A stretch of DNA of 64,000 nt, taken from NCBI GenBank assembly GCA_047967505.1, contig CM106538.1; one strand, 5' to 3'. Positions 12,251 to 24,551 of this stretch are shown here, piece by piece. How positions within the stretch are numbered: the first letter of the stretch is position 1; every line of letters starts with the position of its first letter. The notes beneath the pieces are model-generated. The model was not told the origin of the DNA, searched no databases, and worked only from the letters and a program-made list of their open reading frames with translations. This DNA comes from Dipteris shenzhenensis. Lineage: Eukaryota. The translations under genes were made by a program, and so were the position numbers.

Positions 12251-14533
12251 AATGCATCTGTTAGTCTGATGTCATTTGTTGATAGAGTAATAGAACTTTT
12301 AATAGATATATAATGTCAATTTTGCCATATAATAAAAAAGCAAGCCATTTAATCGGATATCAATATATTAAGATGGATTCTCATTGCTACACATATGAAT
12401 TTCGTGCTGACAATTGACGAGGAGGTGAACCAGGAAGCCTTGAAGGCTCGATCTACAAGCATAACGGGTGCATTGAGTAAAAAACTTGAATGGGGGGTAG
12501 TAGGGAATCGCTCGAGTAAATCCTTCTCGTAAAGGTGGAGCTTACATTGCGAATCCATGTGCTAAATGTGGCATGAATGCGAGGTGGGTGTCAGCTTCAT
12601 GGAGGGCAAAATCGCAGGAAAAGTCGTCCACCAGCAGAGCGTATAAAGGTGAGTAGAGGAGAATGTTCAAGAATCAAGGGAGGTTGGCAAGGAGAATGGA
12701 GCTGTCAAGTGAAGAGCGTCAGCTCACTCTCAGCTGTGCGGACAGTGGTATGCAGGGGGAACACAGAGACAGGAGAGAGAGAGAGACTCGAGACAGAGAG
12801 AGCGTGCATCGTGGAGGGCGAGACTGCAGAGTCGGGCCCAGACTTCAGAGTGTTGTAGTTCTAACTTATCATCAGTTGTGATCTTACAACTTTACAAGTT
12901 ACGTTCTGACTCGTGCTTTCAGGACGGCGTTCGAAACAGATGATATTGTAAACTCACTGACTCACTACTAGTGACTAGAGGAGAAGCGAAAACTTCAAGA
13001 AATTGAGTTTCTGTGGCGAGACCATGGGCTAGGGGATTGCTGGAGGAGAGGCTGGCCGCAGGACCTGGACTCGCTAGGGGATTGCTGGAGGAGAGGCTGG
13101 CCTCACGACCTGGACTCTGGACTCTCGAGCCTGGAACTGGAAGTTGGAGCTACTTCTAAATTTGGGGCGCACTCATTACAAGGACAATCATAGGCTCACG
13201 ATCGTCCTCGAAGTCCAGGACTGAGGAGGCCAGCCAGCAGCAGCCACAGACGGCGCCTCCACGCCCCAGGCTTCGTTAGTTATAAATACTGAAGTTTAAA
13301 CTGTTGTAGCTTCATCATCACCCCTGTTAGCCCGTGCGCACCGCCCCCTTCTCTTCAAAGTTCATACGGCCCACGAAAGCACTGTGCACTCTGTTTTAAA
13401 TACTACTACTAAATAGCATTTCCATTACTGATTGATTACGAGTCGAGCTCACATCGTCTTTCAAGTTTCATCCATCAGATTCAGTCTTGCACATATCTAC
13501 CTTATTATTATTCCACCATTTGCATTTCGCCTTCAAAGCGTATTGATGTTTCTACTCTTCCACTTTGCAGTAGCGTTCCAGCTGCTTGTAAAAACTAAAT
13601 ATAAGCTCTGTGGTTCTACCCTCCACCACCCTGACTCCCTGAGTACTTTAAACTGGCTGACGGCGGATTTTGGCAACATCAATTTCCCTGCCACCACGCT
13701 CAGTAGTACAAAAGCTGCACCCCTCCTAATTGCCCTGCATTTAACGCTAATTCTCGGCTTAATTTCGGACCCACGCACGCTCCACACGCGCTCGGACCTC
13801 GACAGTCGAGAGACCGGCGCTTAAAAATAGTTAGTATAGCGCTTTTAACACGCACTTTAAAGACCCCCTAAAATCTCCTTGTTTTTTGAAATTGATCACT
13901 CCCATAAGAAGAAGAGATATGGGCCTCATGATGAGAGGTGGTGCATCAACGTGGAAGTTGCGGGCAGGTGGCGGGCGTGGATTCGCTGAGTCATGACGGC
14001 AGGAGGAATGCCCGTGGCAGCATGCCGATTCCCGAATCTACGTGTTGACGGCTAGATGGTTGCCACGTGGCAGAGCCGGGCCAGTCTTTTTGTGTGAACG
14101 TCAACGAGGACGGGACCGTTTCCCAGTGACGTGGGATCATTATCCACAAAAAACTGATTAGGCGCTAATTTGGCGGGAATTCAATCTGGCCGCTAAATCC
14201 GACTCCGGCTACTCCCGGAGACAAAATAGGGAAGGCCAAGCGGTTAATGTTTTTGTAATCATTCAGCGGATACTACCAACCATCTCAACTTGAGAAAGGA
14301 AAATTTTGAGCATTTTTCTTCAGCCCTTGACAAACTAACACTTGCGCTATAGAGTGGCATGATTCGTATGTGGAAATCACACGGAACCATGTAATTAATC
14401 CCTCTCTAAAAGCACTCTTGCAACCATGTTTTTGGCCTGCCATATATGGAGGCCTAAGTAAAGCCAATGGCATTTGAGAAAGCTCATTTTTTGAGGGATT
14501 GGCGCCACGTGGAGCCACATCAACGCTTCAAAT

Positions 14534-14646
14534 CCTCTCTCTCTCTTTCTACCTCTCTCATTGCTAATTTCTTCAGATTCTTCCCTTCAAATCCTCTCTC
14601 TCTCGCTTTCTCCCTCCCTCCCTCTCTCTCTCTCTCTCTCTCTCTG
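14534..14646. repeat. Interrupted (CT)n microsatellite
   Basis: CT dinucleotide runs seen directly. Confidence 0.8.
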
Positions 14647-16237
14647 CTTTCTGCCCCTTTTTCCATGGTGCACATTCAATTCATCTTCTTTTTCGATCCC
14701 GGGCAGGCCTTATGAATGATATTCATCTTGTTTTCTTTTTAACTTTTAATGAATTTCATTTGCATCAAAAATAAATAAAATCCCTTCACCTTTAGAAAGG
14801 AGACTTAAGATGTGTTCATAAGCCACTCTAAAGAAACAATGCAATTCGATGGCCAATTCACCGGGATTGTTGAAGAATTGCCCCAAGGAAGGAAGCCTCT
14901 TGATCATTAAGCATAAATTAGGCACATAAGATTAGTAAAGGCAACTAGTCGGCCTTGTTTAGATTCCAAGGGGTCAGCCAAGAACTTGATGTAAACTTCG
15001 AGTTGGTGGCAAGTCTAGCTTGGCCAAAGTGGCAGGTCATCTATAACCCTTCAAAACAAGCTTTGCAATCCCCTCTCAAGCCACCACGACCCCTTGAAAA
15101 TTCAGCATCCACTCTATAGTCAAGCCTGCAATGGTGAGCCCCAAAGCCAATCCCCTGCCCTTTGATCCGTCTCATTGAACCACGTAGTAATTTTACATTC
15201 GAACCACTTAGGGCTTGCTTCCTTGCAAAGATGTGCGCATCTGGGTGCGAGAGCATGCTTTTATTCGGTTGACGCACGAGTTTTTCCAATTGGTGCGTGT
15301 CTTATTGAACAACTTAGGCTTAGTGCACAATTGGCCAGTTTTTAAGACTTGCACAGGAATCAAGGCATGTTTGGAGCACCATTGGTCTCCCTTTACACAC
15401 CTCATGTTTCAAGGTGCTGATTTTGAGCTCCAGTGCGCTCTTTCACCTCCAACCAATAGAAAGCTCGCATTTCTGGCTGACAGTGGGTTGAAAAGATTGA
15501 ACTGCTTTCAATGCTCTATTCTAGCCAATGAAGACTTGCCAGTTACAAACTGTGCAAGTCTTGCAGCTGGTCAGATGACATTTTGCAGCTTCTTGTAGCT
15601 CCCAAGAGCTCGTCAGATGCATGCAGTTAATGCTCACGGCCTTTAGTTCACGCGAAAAAATGTGAAATGCATCGCTTGTATCGCTCCAAAGGTGCCGTGT
15701 GCAGTGGCTCTTACATTCGAATTAGCTATGTTTTGAGGGAGGGTCAAATGATGGAATCATGGTTAGGTGAGGGGCAATAAAGGGGGGGTGAGTTAAGAGG
15801 ACCGGCGTTACGGGCATTAAGGGATGAAAAGGAGGGTGAAAGGGCGCAAGGGTTAAGGAAAGGTTAGGGGGTTTGTATTAACTAGAGTTAAGGGGACTAT
15901 CCATCTTCATCTTCCAAGCGAACTTTCTTCTTTATTCTTCTTCATCATCATCTTCTTCAACAAAATCATCTTCGTAGTTTTCAGCAGCAAAGCTTGCATT
16001 CCGCCATAGCCAGAAAAGCTTGCCTTCTGCCATAGCCGTCAAAGCTTCCACTTCGCCATAGCCAAATGCTTGCTCTTCTCCATCGCCAGCAGTAAGCTCC
16101 CCATGTCCTTTCCGAAAACATGACCTTCTTCCCCCCTCCTCCTCCTCCTCGTCACCTTCCACCCTCCATCGCCTCTCCTTCCTTCCAAACCCTTCCTTCT
16201 CCTTTCTCCCCCTCCTCCTCCTCCTCCCTCCTCAACC

Positions 16238-17551
16238 ATGCCCGCCTCGACTTCCCGCCGCCTCCGCTTTTGCTTCTTGGCATTCACCACCCTCGCTTCC
16301 CTCCTCTTCGTCGTCGCCGTCTTCTTGGCCTCTCCCGCCGCCTCCTCGCTTCTTTCAACCGGTGAGTTATCGTGTCTCCTTTTTGCAATGCCTTCGCTTT
16401 TCCTGTTTTCTGTTTCCGCTCTCCTGCAGCACTCAATGCACGTTACTTTGCACATGCACGCGTTCCTATCGCCCTTTTTTCTTCTTACGTCTTGCTGCTG
16501 TAAGTAGCGTACTACTTCTCGACAGCCCAGTTGATTTAGGAACCCGAGACGGGAACCTCCATATCGCTCTTCACAACCCCAAAAGGGGACCTCAGTTTTT
16601 CTCATTTCCTCCGGGCTCACGGCGTTCCTGCATCTGTCTCCGTCGTAATGTAAAATTCCCCAACTGCATTTTGCTTCGTGGGTCACGACCTGAAGAAACG
16701 AACAATTGGCCCCTTCTTTTCGAAGTGGTCTCCTTCGGCCGATTGTCGTCGTTGAGGTCCTTCTTGGGTGCATTGTCGACGCCGTGTCTTTCGCACATTT
16801 GTCGGATGTTGTTCCTCCGGGAAGCGTGCAATTCTTGAGAACAACCTTTCGAAGACCTTTGGAAAACAGTGTTTAACGTAATAAGAATCTCATTCAAATG
16901 CCGTGCATGACTACCAGATTTGCTATTTCCTTGACCCACGCTCTGCTTGCATGGGTTCTCATTACAGGCTCAATATCTTTTTGCATGTTCAGGTTTTGTC
17001 AAAGGGTTGGAGAATTCTACATCTTCCAGGGTTTTGTACACACAGAGTAGAAACCTTACAAAGACGGTTTTGAGGCTAGATAGGACTAGATCAAGAACTC
17101 GAAAACTCCTGGATCTTGGTGAGTAAAATACAACCCAAGACCGATTTCTTGGAAATTCCCCTAGCAGAACTATCCCTCCGCTTCAAAAACATTGGACTGC
17201 CTCCTGATTTACACGTTCGTGTGTGCAGATCGTATAGGAGATGCTTGTTCCATTGCCGATTTAGCTATACTGCAAGGCGAGACGAGTCCCTTACCCGACG
17301 GTATTCCTTCATTCACCGTACAGATTTTCAACCTCTGCGTTTCTGGGTGCCCCATCACAGATATACATGTTTCTTGTGGTTGGTTCGCATCTGCGAAACT
17401 GATCAATCCAAAGGTGTTCAAACGAATGAGGTTCAATGACTGTATTGTAAATGATGGGATGCCCTTGAATGGTGGAGACAGCGTAACGTTCGAATACGCG
17501 AACTCCTTTCAATATCCCTTGACAATATCTTCTTGTGTGAATACATGTTAG
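16238..17551 (+). CDS. TPD1: TAPETUM DETERMINANT 1-like secreted cysteine-rich peptide, join(16238..16361,16993..17118,17229..17551), 190 aa
   Basis: Exon 1 encodes a hydrophobic signal-like segment, exon 2 ends RKLLDL, and exon 3 reads DRIGDACS...GIPSFTVQIFNLC..GC.I.DIHVSCGWFASAKLINPKVFKR...DCIVNDG...FEYANSFQYPL, the TPD1 signature. GTGAGT donors at 16362 and 17119, CAG acceptors ending 16992 and 17228. Both introns are phase 1 and the 573-nt frame is open. Confidence 0.93.
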
Positions 17552-18400
17552 GTGATCACTGGCAATGGCAGCCTATTCAATAGAAATTCCTGGAAGTTTT
17601 TTAGATGATTCCTCATGGATTTTCGGCATGCAATGATGCTGTTCTGATCTTGTCTGTTGCGTTTTGAATTTTATTTCTATCTGAGATTATCACCTGTGAG
17701 CTTGTCTTGTGCCTCAAACTAGCTGCATAGTTGTAAAATTAGGGGTCTTAGGAAGCCACCGACATGCACCTCACATGATCATATCGAGCATTTTCTCGAA
17801 CCGTAAAGAATGATAACATTCTTTGTGAATTTAATAGCGGAGAATTCTGAGACGTTGGCTGCCAGGCCTTTTTTCAACAAATCAAAATCAAGTAATTCCC
17901 TTTTGAGATCCCAGTTATCTGGGTGTGATATTTTCTAATGCATCCGGACAAACAACCAGAATCTGTCTCTTTAATTGTTGATATATTGGAAATTTTGTGA
18001 TCAGTCACTTTCCATGTTGAAAATTGTCTGGACTTTTGTGCTATATGGACATGTGATCAACTCGATCAATCAAATCGTTGTCTTCGTGAGGGAGAATGTC
18101 GCCCAAAAAAGGTGGGTAGTTCACGTTTATCACATTGAATAAGCCATGTAATTATTTTCCAAGCCTCGCGACATGATATATTATGCTTATGCAATTTTTA
18201 CAATTTCAAAATTGAAGAGTTTAAACTTTAAAAGGAGAAAAGGTGTAAAATACTCGTAGTGGGGAGACTGAGCTGAAATGGAAATCTGTACTCTAAAATG
18301 TAAAATGTAGATCTACTACTTTTTTGCTTTTAATTAATATCTTAGCATCATCAACTCATTAACTTTAAAGGACTTGAGATTTACAAAAACATGGAAGATT

Positions 18401-18830
18401 ATATATTTTGACACTTTCAAGCGATGGCAATGGAATTTTTCTTTGAAGTGCACTTAAGACAAGGAACGTTGAATCACACTAAAAGGGAGGCAAACACTCT
18501 TTTAATGTTGTGCATTTATTGTCAAAATGGGAATATTTACTAATGTTTAAACAATGCTTGACGTTTGATATTGCATTAGGTTAATGTAGACCTAGTACTT
18601 TTCCGCATATGTTAACTAATTAAAAAAGGTGGTGCAAGGTTTTGAAAAAACATCAAGGGTAAATATATTGACACTCATGCAATTGTTATGGAGTTTTGCA
18701 TTTTGAATTGAACTTGAGACATCACATAAAAGGGAGGCATGCAATCTTTTAGTGTTGTGTATTTATGGTCAAAATGGGAATATTTACTCAATGTTTAAAA
18801 TCATGCTTGATGTTGGATATTGCATGAGGT
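18401..18830 (+). repeat. Diverged direct duplication (two copies ~260 bp apart)
   Basis: AAAAGGGAGGCA...GTCAAAATGGGAATATTTACT occurs at ~18481-18540 and ~18728-18790. Confidence 0.7.
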
Positions 18831-19299
18831 GGTCACTTGAAATGGGAGTTACTTGAAATGGGAGTTATTTTACTTCAAAATATAATTGGAAATTTAGGCT
18901 TTATTCTTAATATGTATCATGGTGACTTGATGTGCGAGTTGTTTTTTCTTTGAAATGCTCAAATTAAGTGGAATTTTTATTTCATGTTGAGTTTACAAAG
19001 ATTGAGCATAAATTTTGTCAGATACTGACATGCAGTCCACTTGTTTTCCACCATCCAAACAAAACTAGGTGTTAGAACATCATAGGTTCATTTGGGTAGA
19101 CAAGTAATGTTTGTTTTTCCTAGCTTGTTATTGCTTTACCTAAGAAGTAGATGTCCTTCTAGATTCTAGAATCTAAAGTAATAAAGCATATGGTTTTTAA
19201 AATAAAAATTCCATGTCACAACTCACAAGCCATAAGTATTGATTCTATATAAATTATCTTTAAGTTATAAAACCTGAATAAAAGAAGGTTAGTCCCAAA

Positions 19300-20379
19300 T
19301 CAACAGTAGAGGACCAATAAGGGGGGTAGTCCACACCCTTAAAAGACCATCTTTTCTTTCCTTTTTCCTTTTTTGAAAATAAAATAGTCGAGTCATATTA
19401 AGAGGGGGGGCAGCCTTGAAAAAACCCCTACGAAAGGTGGCCAAACAAGTGGGTAGAGCCCCAAGCCTACACTCAATGAGTAGAGAGAGAATTGTAAGCA
19501 AAAATAACTCAAGTACAAGACTAAGTTGCTCAAGCATTGGCTTTCTAGAGACTTGCCTTGCTCTGATAGATTACCCATGGATAAGTCTATAAATAAACTG
19601 AAGAGATGGACTATCCTTAAATAAACGTGGAAGCCACTTGCTAATCAGAGATATATTCTTAATGCTCACGTCTGGAATGCCAAGACCCCCTTGTTGTTTC
19701 GGAGACTTTAGGTCAGCCCATGGCAAGTAGTGCATTTTGCACCTACCATTCTCCTCTACCCATAGAAATGCACGGAGCACTCTTTCGATCTCTTGCCACT
19801 ATGTATGTCTAAATGACCAAACCGAAGCTACATAAGTTGTAGTGGTAGATAGTACATGCTTAATGATGAGAACTCTAGCATTCCAACCTAAGGGTACTCC
19901 ATGCCGGCTTTTTAGCTTATCCTTAATTTGGTCTTTAAACCATTCAAAATGCTGCTTTAAAGATACTCCATTCCCTAATGGAGCCCCTAAATACCTCACA
20001 ATTTGCCCACGGTTAATCGATTGCACAGGCATGTTTCTAACCCACACTGCAATAGCATCATCTAAAGATCTGACAGAGCAAATGATTTCTTCCAAATACA
20101 CACTAACTCTGATGCCGTACAAAAGCAAGAGACGATATTATTCAAAGCATTAATGCTATGCTACACTTCAAGCGAGAAGGCCATCCGATCATCTGCAAAC
20201 ATCGGGGAGCAAAATTTCTTCCCTGATGGTAGCATTATTCCTCGCAGTTGTCCCTCCTTCATAGCCCTTTTTAGGAGATTAAGAAGTGGAGCCAAAAAAA
20301 GTGCAAAAAGAAGAGGGGCTATTGGGCAGCCCTGAAAGATAGAGCACGTGAGGTTGAAGGTTCCAGCAAAACTCCATTA
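19300..20379 (-). mobile_element. L1-like LINE, 3' part of ORF2 (RT from the QGCP motif onward), degenerate
   Basis: Minus-strand SIFQGCPIAPLLF, MFADD, VRYLGAPLG, FLW...KMHYLPW...QGGLGIP. Cut at the ATTA TSD of the giant element. Confidence 0.88.
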
Positions 20380-20405
20380 AACACCTATTTAATTAATTTT
20401 GGACT
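20380..20405. repeat. Left TIR of copy B
   Basis: AACACCTATTTAATTAATTTTGGACT, preceded by ATTA. Confidence 0.92.
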
Positions 20406-21213
20406 TTTTCTGTTGTTTTTGGATGAAGCCCAAAAATCCTTCCCAAATGAAAAGTTTACTTTGTGAAAATATCCATCCCAAATCAAAATTCTACTTTTTG
20501 AAAATATTCTTCCCAAATCCAAAGTTCACTTTATGGCACTATCATATTCACATAAAAATCTTGTTTTTTCAATCTATACTTTTGCACTAACATGCAAGAA
20601 TTTAAAATAATCCTATTTTAGAAATTCTAGCTATACCTAAGTTATTTGTTAATTGAATTATTTTTAATATTTTTCCTTAACGTGATAAATTTATAAATAT
20701 GAAAGGAGACTTAAATATTTAATGTAAATAACATTGTCACTCACAATATGCACAAAATTTTTAAAACTTTTAATAAATAGAAAAAGACATGATGCCATAA
20801 GACCCAAGTTTTGTATTGAACCAAAGAATTATAATAGTAATTATAGCTATAATTATATGTTTACATTGAGAGACGTTGCTCTCCGCTGGAGTCTTTGTAT
20901 AAAATGATATAGATTGAACATATGTTTACAATTTCAATTGTTGCTCTTAAAGAGCCTGAATTCATGCCATCTGCATTGACTCTCCATTATCTTATTACTC
21001 AATGTGACAGTCCCTTGCCAGGTGCCATCTGTATTAACTCCATATTGTCTTGCCAAGCCTTGACCCTTGGGTGACATCTAGTGCATATTTTGACTCTCAT
21101 TTGACATAAGAGGTGATGACTCAGTACAGTTGCATCTACTAGTCTAATAATATATGATTATAATTGTCAATTGGCTTCTTGCCTAGTACCCAAATAAAAT
21201 CCTTCAATGGACT

Positions 21214-24200
21214 TCAATACAAAGCTTTAGCGCTGTCTCCTTCTACTTCCTCCATGGCGAGCATCCTTAAAAATTCGTGTATATGCAAAATACTGTGCTG
21301 TGGTATTTTTATTTTTCCTTCTACCTCATATCCCATGCGCTTCTTTGATTTCTTTGCCCTTGAATACTAAGACACTATGATTGTCTCTGTCGAAACTTGT
21401 GAGACTGCTTCATCATTTGGGACCCACTCCTTCATTATACAATTAGTATACAATGTGTTGTTATCCATATTCTCCTTCGTGCCCTTTGGCTCATACCATG
21501 TTGTAGCTCTCCCTTGATCATCTCTTTGGACATCAACTACTTTTGCAACCCAAAACTTCACATTCTCATATTCATCATCTGACAGCTGAACCACAACAAA
21601 ACAATCTACCTCTATATCTACTTGTGGCATAAACTCTCTCTTCTTCGACGTAATGATACAAATTCGTTTTCAAAGACCGGAGCTGGGCGCAAATCGTTAT
21701 GAACATTTGGCCAAAATATATTGCATTCTTCCTTGACATCCTTTGAGCCTCGCATTCTCTCAAGGTCCTTCATTAATTTTTGTGTCTTGTTAATTACAGT
21801 GGTAGTGTGTTCTCTCCAAGTAGGCTTCGAAGCAGGATACCTCCAGAGCATTTTCTCTTTGTATGTAATAAATGCTTTTAATCCTTCTATTTCATAGTTG
21901 GACCTCTCATTGAATTCTTGTATAGGAGCCCATGTTGGATACCTTTCCTTGCTGGGAATTGAAGTTAAGAGACTGTAAGGTTCTTTAGGTTCCCATTTTG
22001 TATCATGAGAATACTGTTGCCATTGCATTACGGGTTTTTCATCTTAAAAAAAAAACGAAAGTAGTGTGGATTGGTATGACCTGTCAATGCATCACTACCC
22101 GTTTGTATGAAAGGTAGAATGAAGCTCTTCTAATCATACATTCTTTCGAGCCTCTCACATACTGTACTTTCCTTACGACCACCAACTTGCCTGCCACATC
22201 TTCTTACCAAGTCATCTATTGTCTCCACATCCTTGCATTTAAGGTCTCTTGAGACTATGCTAAAAACCTGATCGATATCCTCATGTGTATGCCCAACATA
22301 CAAAAATCCACATTCGATCTCATTGAAGATTCGATGAGCAACTAGCATGGAGCAGAATGCAAACATGAGTACATTCTTATTTTCTCGCCAGCAATTATCA
22401 GCTTGTATTCTCAAAGTCGGTGGTAGGCAACCTTTTTCTGCATGTACATTGTGAATTGCCTTCATAATAGATGTTACAACTTGATTGCTATCATGTAGAT
22501 GCAAGGAATCAATCCATATATCTGCAAAAAACTTAATTCCATGCACTAACACTCCACATAGATGTGTGTTTAGAAAGTGCTTTCCTTGTAATTTAGGTGT
22601 TGTGGCAACAAAACGAGGCAATGTTGTTGTATTCTGATCCATGCCATCTACAATAAGGCACATGTAGTCATCGGGATGCAAAATAGCTTGCTCCTTCCAA
22701 AATGCATATTTTTGTCTAGAATGTCGAATAAGGTCATGATGAGATTTTTTGTTTTTTTTGTATAATTCCCTTCGATTTGGACATGTTGCACTCTCAATCG
22801 CTCGCTTTAAACCATCACAGACATTGCACTTTGACATTTTTTGCCTCTTTGGGATTTATCCAAAGTTCTTCTTCCAAAGAGTATACAAAGTATGAGAAGA
22901 AGCCACGGCATCCCCTCTTTGCCTTTGCTTTTCTGCAATAGAGTCAAATACTTCGAGCTTTGTCAAGCCCATTGGAAGGTGCATTTAAGTGATCGCGTCA
23001 CCGTTAGGGAGTTTGGTAGATATATGGGGTTGAGGTAAAGCATTTTCATGTATGAAGTCTTGCAAAATTGCTGCTACCCTGACAGTTGAGATTCTTGATT
23101 TGGACCTTCCTCTATTATCGTGAATGCTAAATTTGTTGCGGCCCTTTGCCTTGGTGACTAAATCCCAATATGTACCATGGGATAATCCAGTAATATTGCG
23201 ATATGCCTTATTGCAAATCTTTTTTCCATTTGCGAGAGGTTTTTCCTTTTGTCTTGAACTTAGCCTTTTATTGCCATTCTGAAGAAAGCAAGAGAGACTT
23301 GTGAGAAGGTATTCATTTCTTTCGCTTCCTCTTCTTTGCCACACATGTCCTCTATATTCCCTGATGTCTACAAGATCAATGAAGCGCATACATCTTCGCT
23401 TGCAACATAGATATCCCAATGCATTTAACATGTTCTCCTCCTTCATTACTCTCTTCCTCTTTGGTTGCTTTTGTGGATTTGCTTGGATTCGCTTTCTCTT
23501 CATGCATATGTATGACTGTTTTTGTTCCTCATGCACGTTGTTATCTATATTTATGCACTTCTTCTCCTCACATTTGTTTGTAACCAAGCATCCATGATTG
23601 GTCGTTGCATCCTTGGCCATATCACAATCAAAGTTAAATATTGAATAATCCTCTATTGATCTCATCCTCGTTTTTAACATACTCTTAGGACCATTCAATG
23701 AATTCAATATTCTACGAGAGTATTGAGAACCTTGAAACTCTTCCACTCCTGAGAGAACATCGTTCATTGGGACATCGTGCATGGTTTTCACAATCCACAA
23801 GCTTGATTGACACCAAGTTTGTTAATATGCATGAACTCATCCACACTTGACAAGACATCGCTATTGAAATCTTTGCCCTTCTCACTGTGCAAGAATTGAT
23901 CCACCCTAGATAAGGCTTTGCTTCTAAAATCATTTTGTTTCTCAGAACCAATGAACTCATCCACTCCAGATAAGATGTCACTTCTATAATTGAGTACATT
24001 GAAATCATCTACGTTTGAAGTGATAGAGCCTGGCACATGGGCACGCTTTTTAGGTTCTTTGATATTGTAGTATACCTTGTCTTTATCATTGAAAACCATG
24101 TGCCTCTTTCTCATGTTTAAAAATTGCATGCTCCATCTCATATTCTTGCCTACCTCATAGTAGGGATCACATAAGGATGTTATGTTATCAACCATACCAT

Positions 24201-24551
24201 CATCAGTGACTTTTAGAATCCTCATCTGTGCAAATGACCATTGCTCCACTTGTTCAAATCCCAATATTTCACCTTCTGCTATAGTCTTATTTGCAAATGA
24301 TCTCATTTGTAAAACGTCCCCTATAGTAAAATCCAAGGTGGTGCACTTTGTATTCTTGATAATGTCTGTTGCTTAAGTCTCATCATTGTCCCATGCTATA
24401 AATGATTTGTTGGATGTATTGTAGGGCATAACTTCTCCAAGTGTTTCCATATCTTCACATTTATACTTTAGCTCAACATGTGCACTAAGAATCTTTGATA
24501 CAGTGACTGCCACCTTATCTTCACCAAGTCTTCGAAAGTGGCAAACTGAAT
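21214..24551 (-). pseudogene. Transposase of copy B (DUF7869/Sola-like), 5'-truncated and multiply frameshifted
   Basis: ORF pieces 23788-24336, 22985-23800, 22130-22837, 21618-22028 and 21367-21630 are near-identical in protein to 6212-9623. It retains SKCNVC, DGMDQ, DNCWRENKN and GHTHEDIDQ. Confidence 0.85.

Noticed and set aside
15760-15900. Telomere-like GGTTAGG motifs upstream of the TPD1-like gene
   Set aside because: Scattered and degenerate rather than tandem TTTAGGG/TTAGGG; treated as G-rich promoter sequence.
15932-16939. Minus-strand ORFs (76-244 aa) overlapping TPD1-like exon 1 and intron 1
   Set aside because: Antisense shadows of CT-rich leader and coding sequence with no motifs.
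17192-17228. Start of the 119-aa ORF as the true N-terminus of the TPD1-like protein
   Set aside because: Non-ATG start lying in intron 2; the CAG acceptor at 17226-17228 joins upstream exons in frame.
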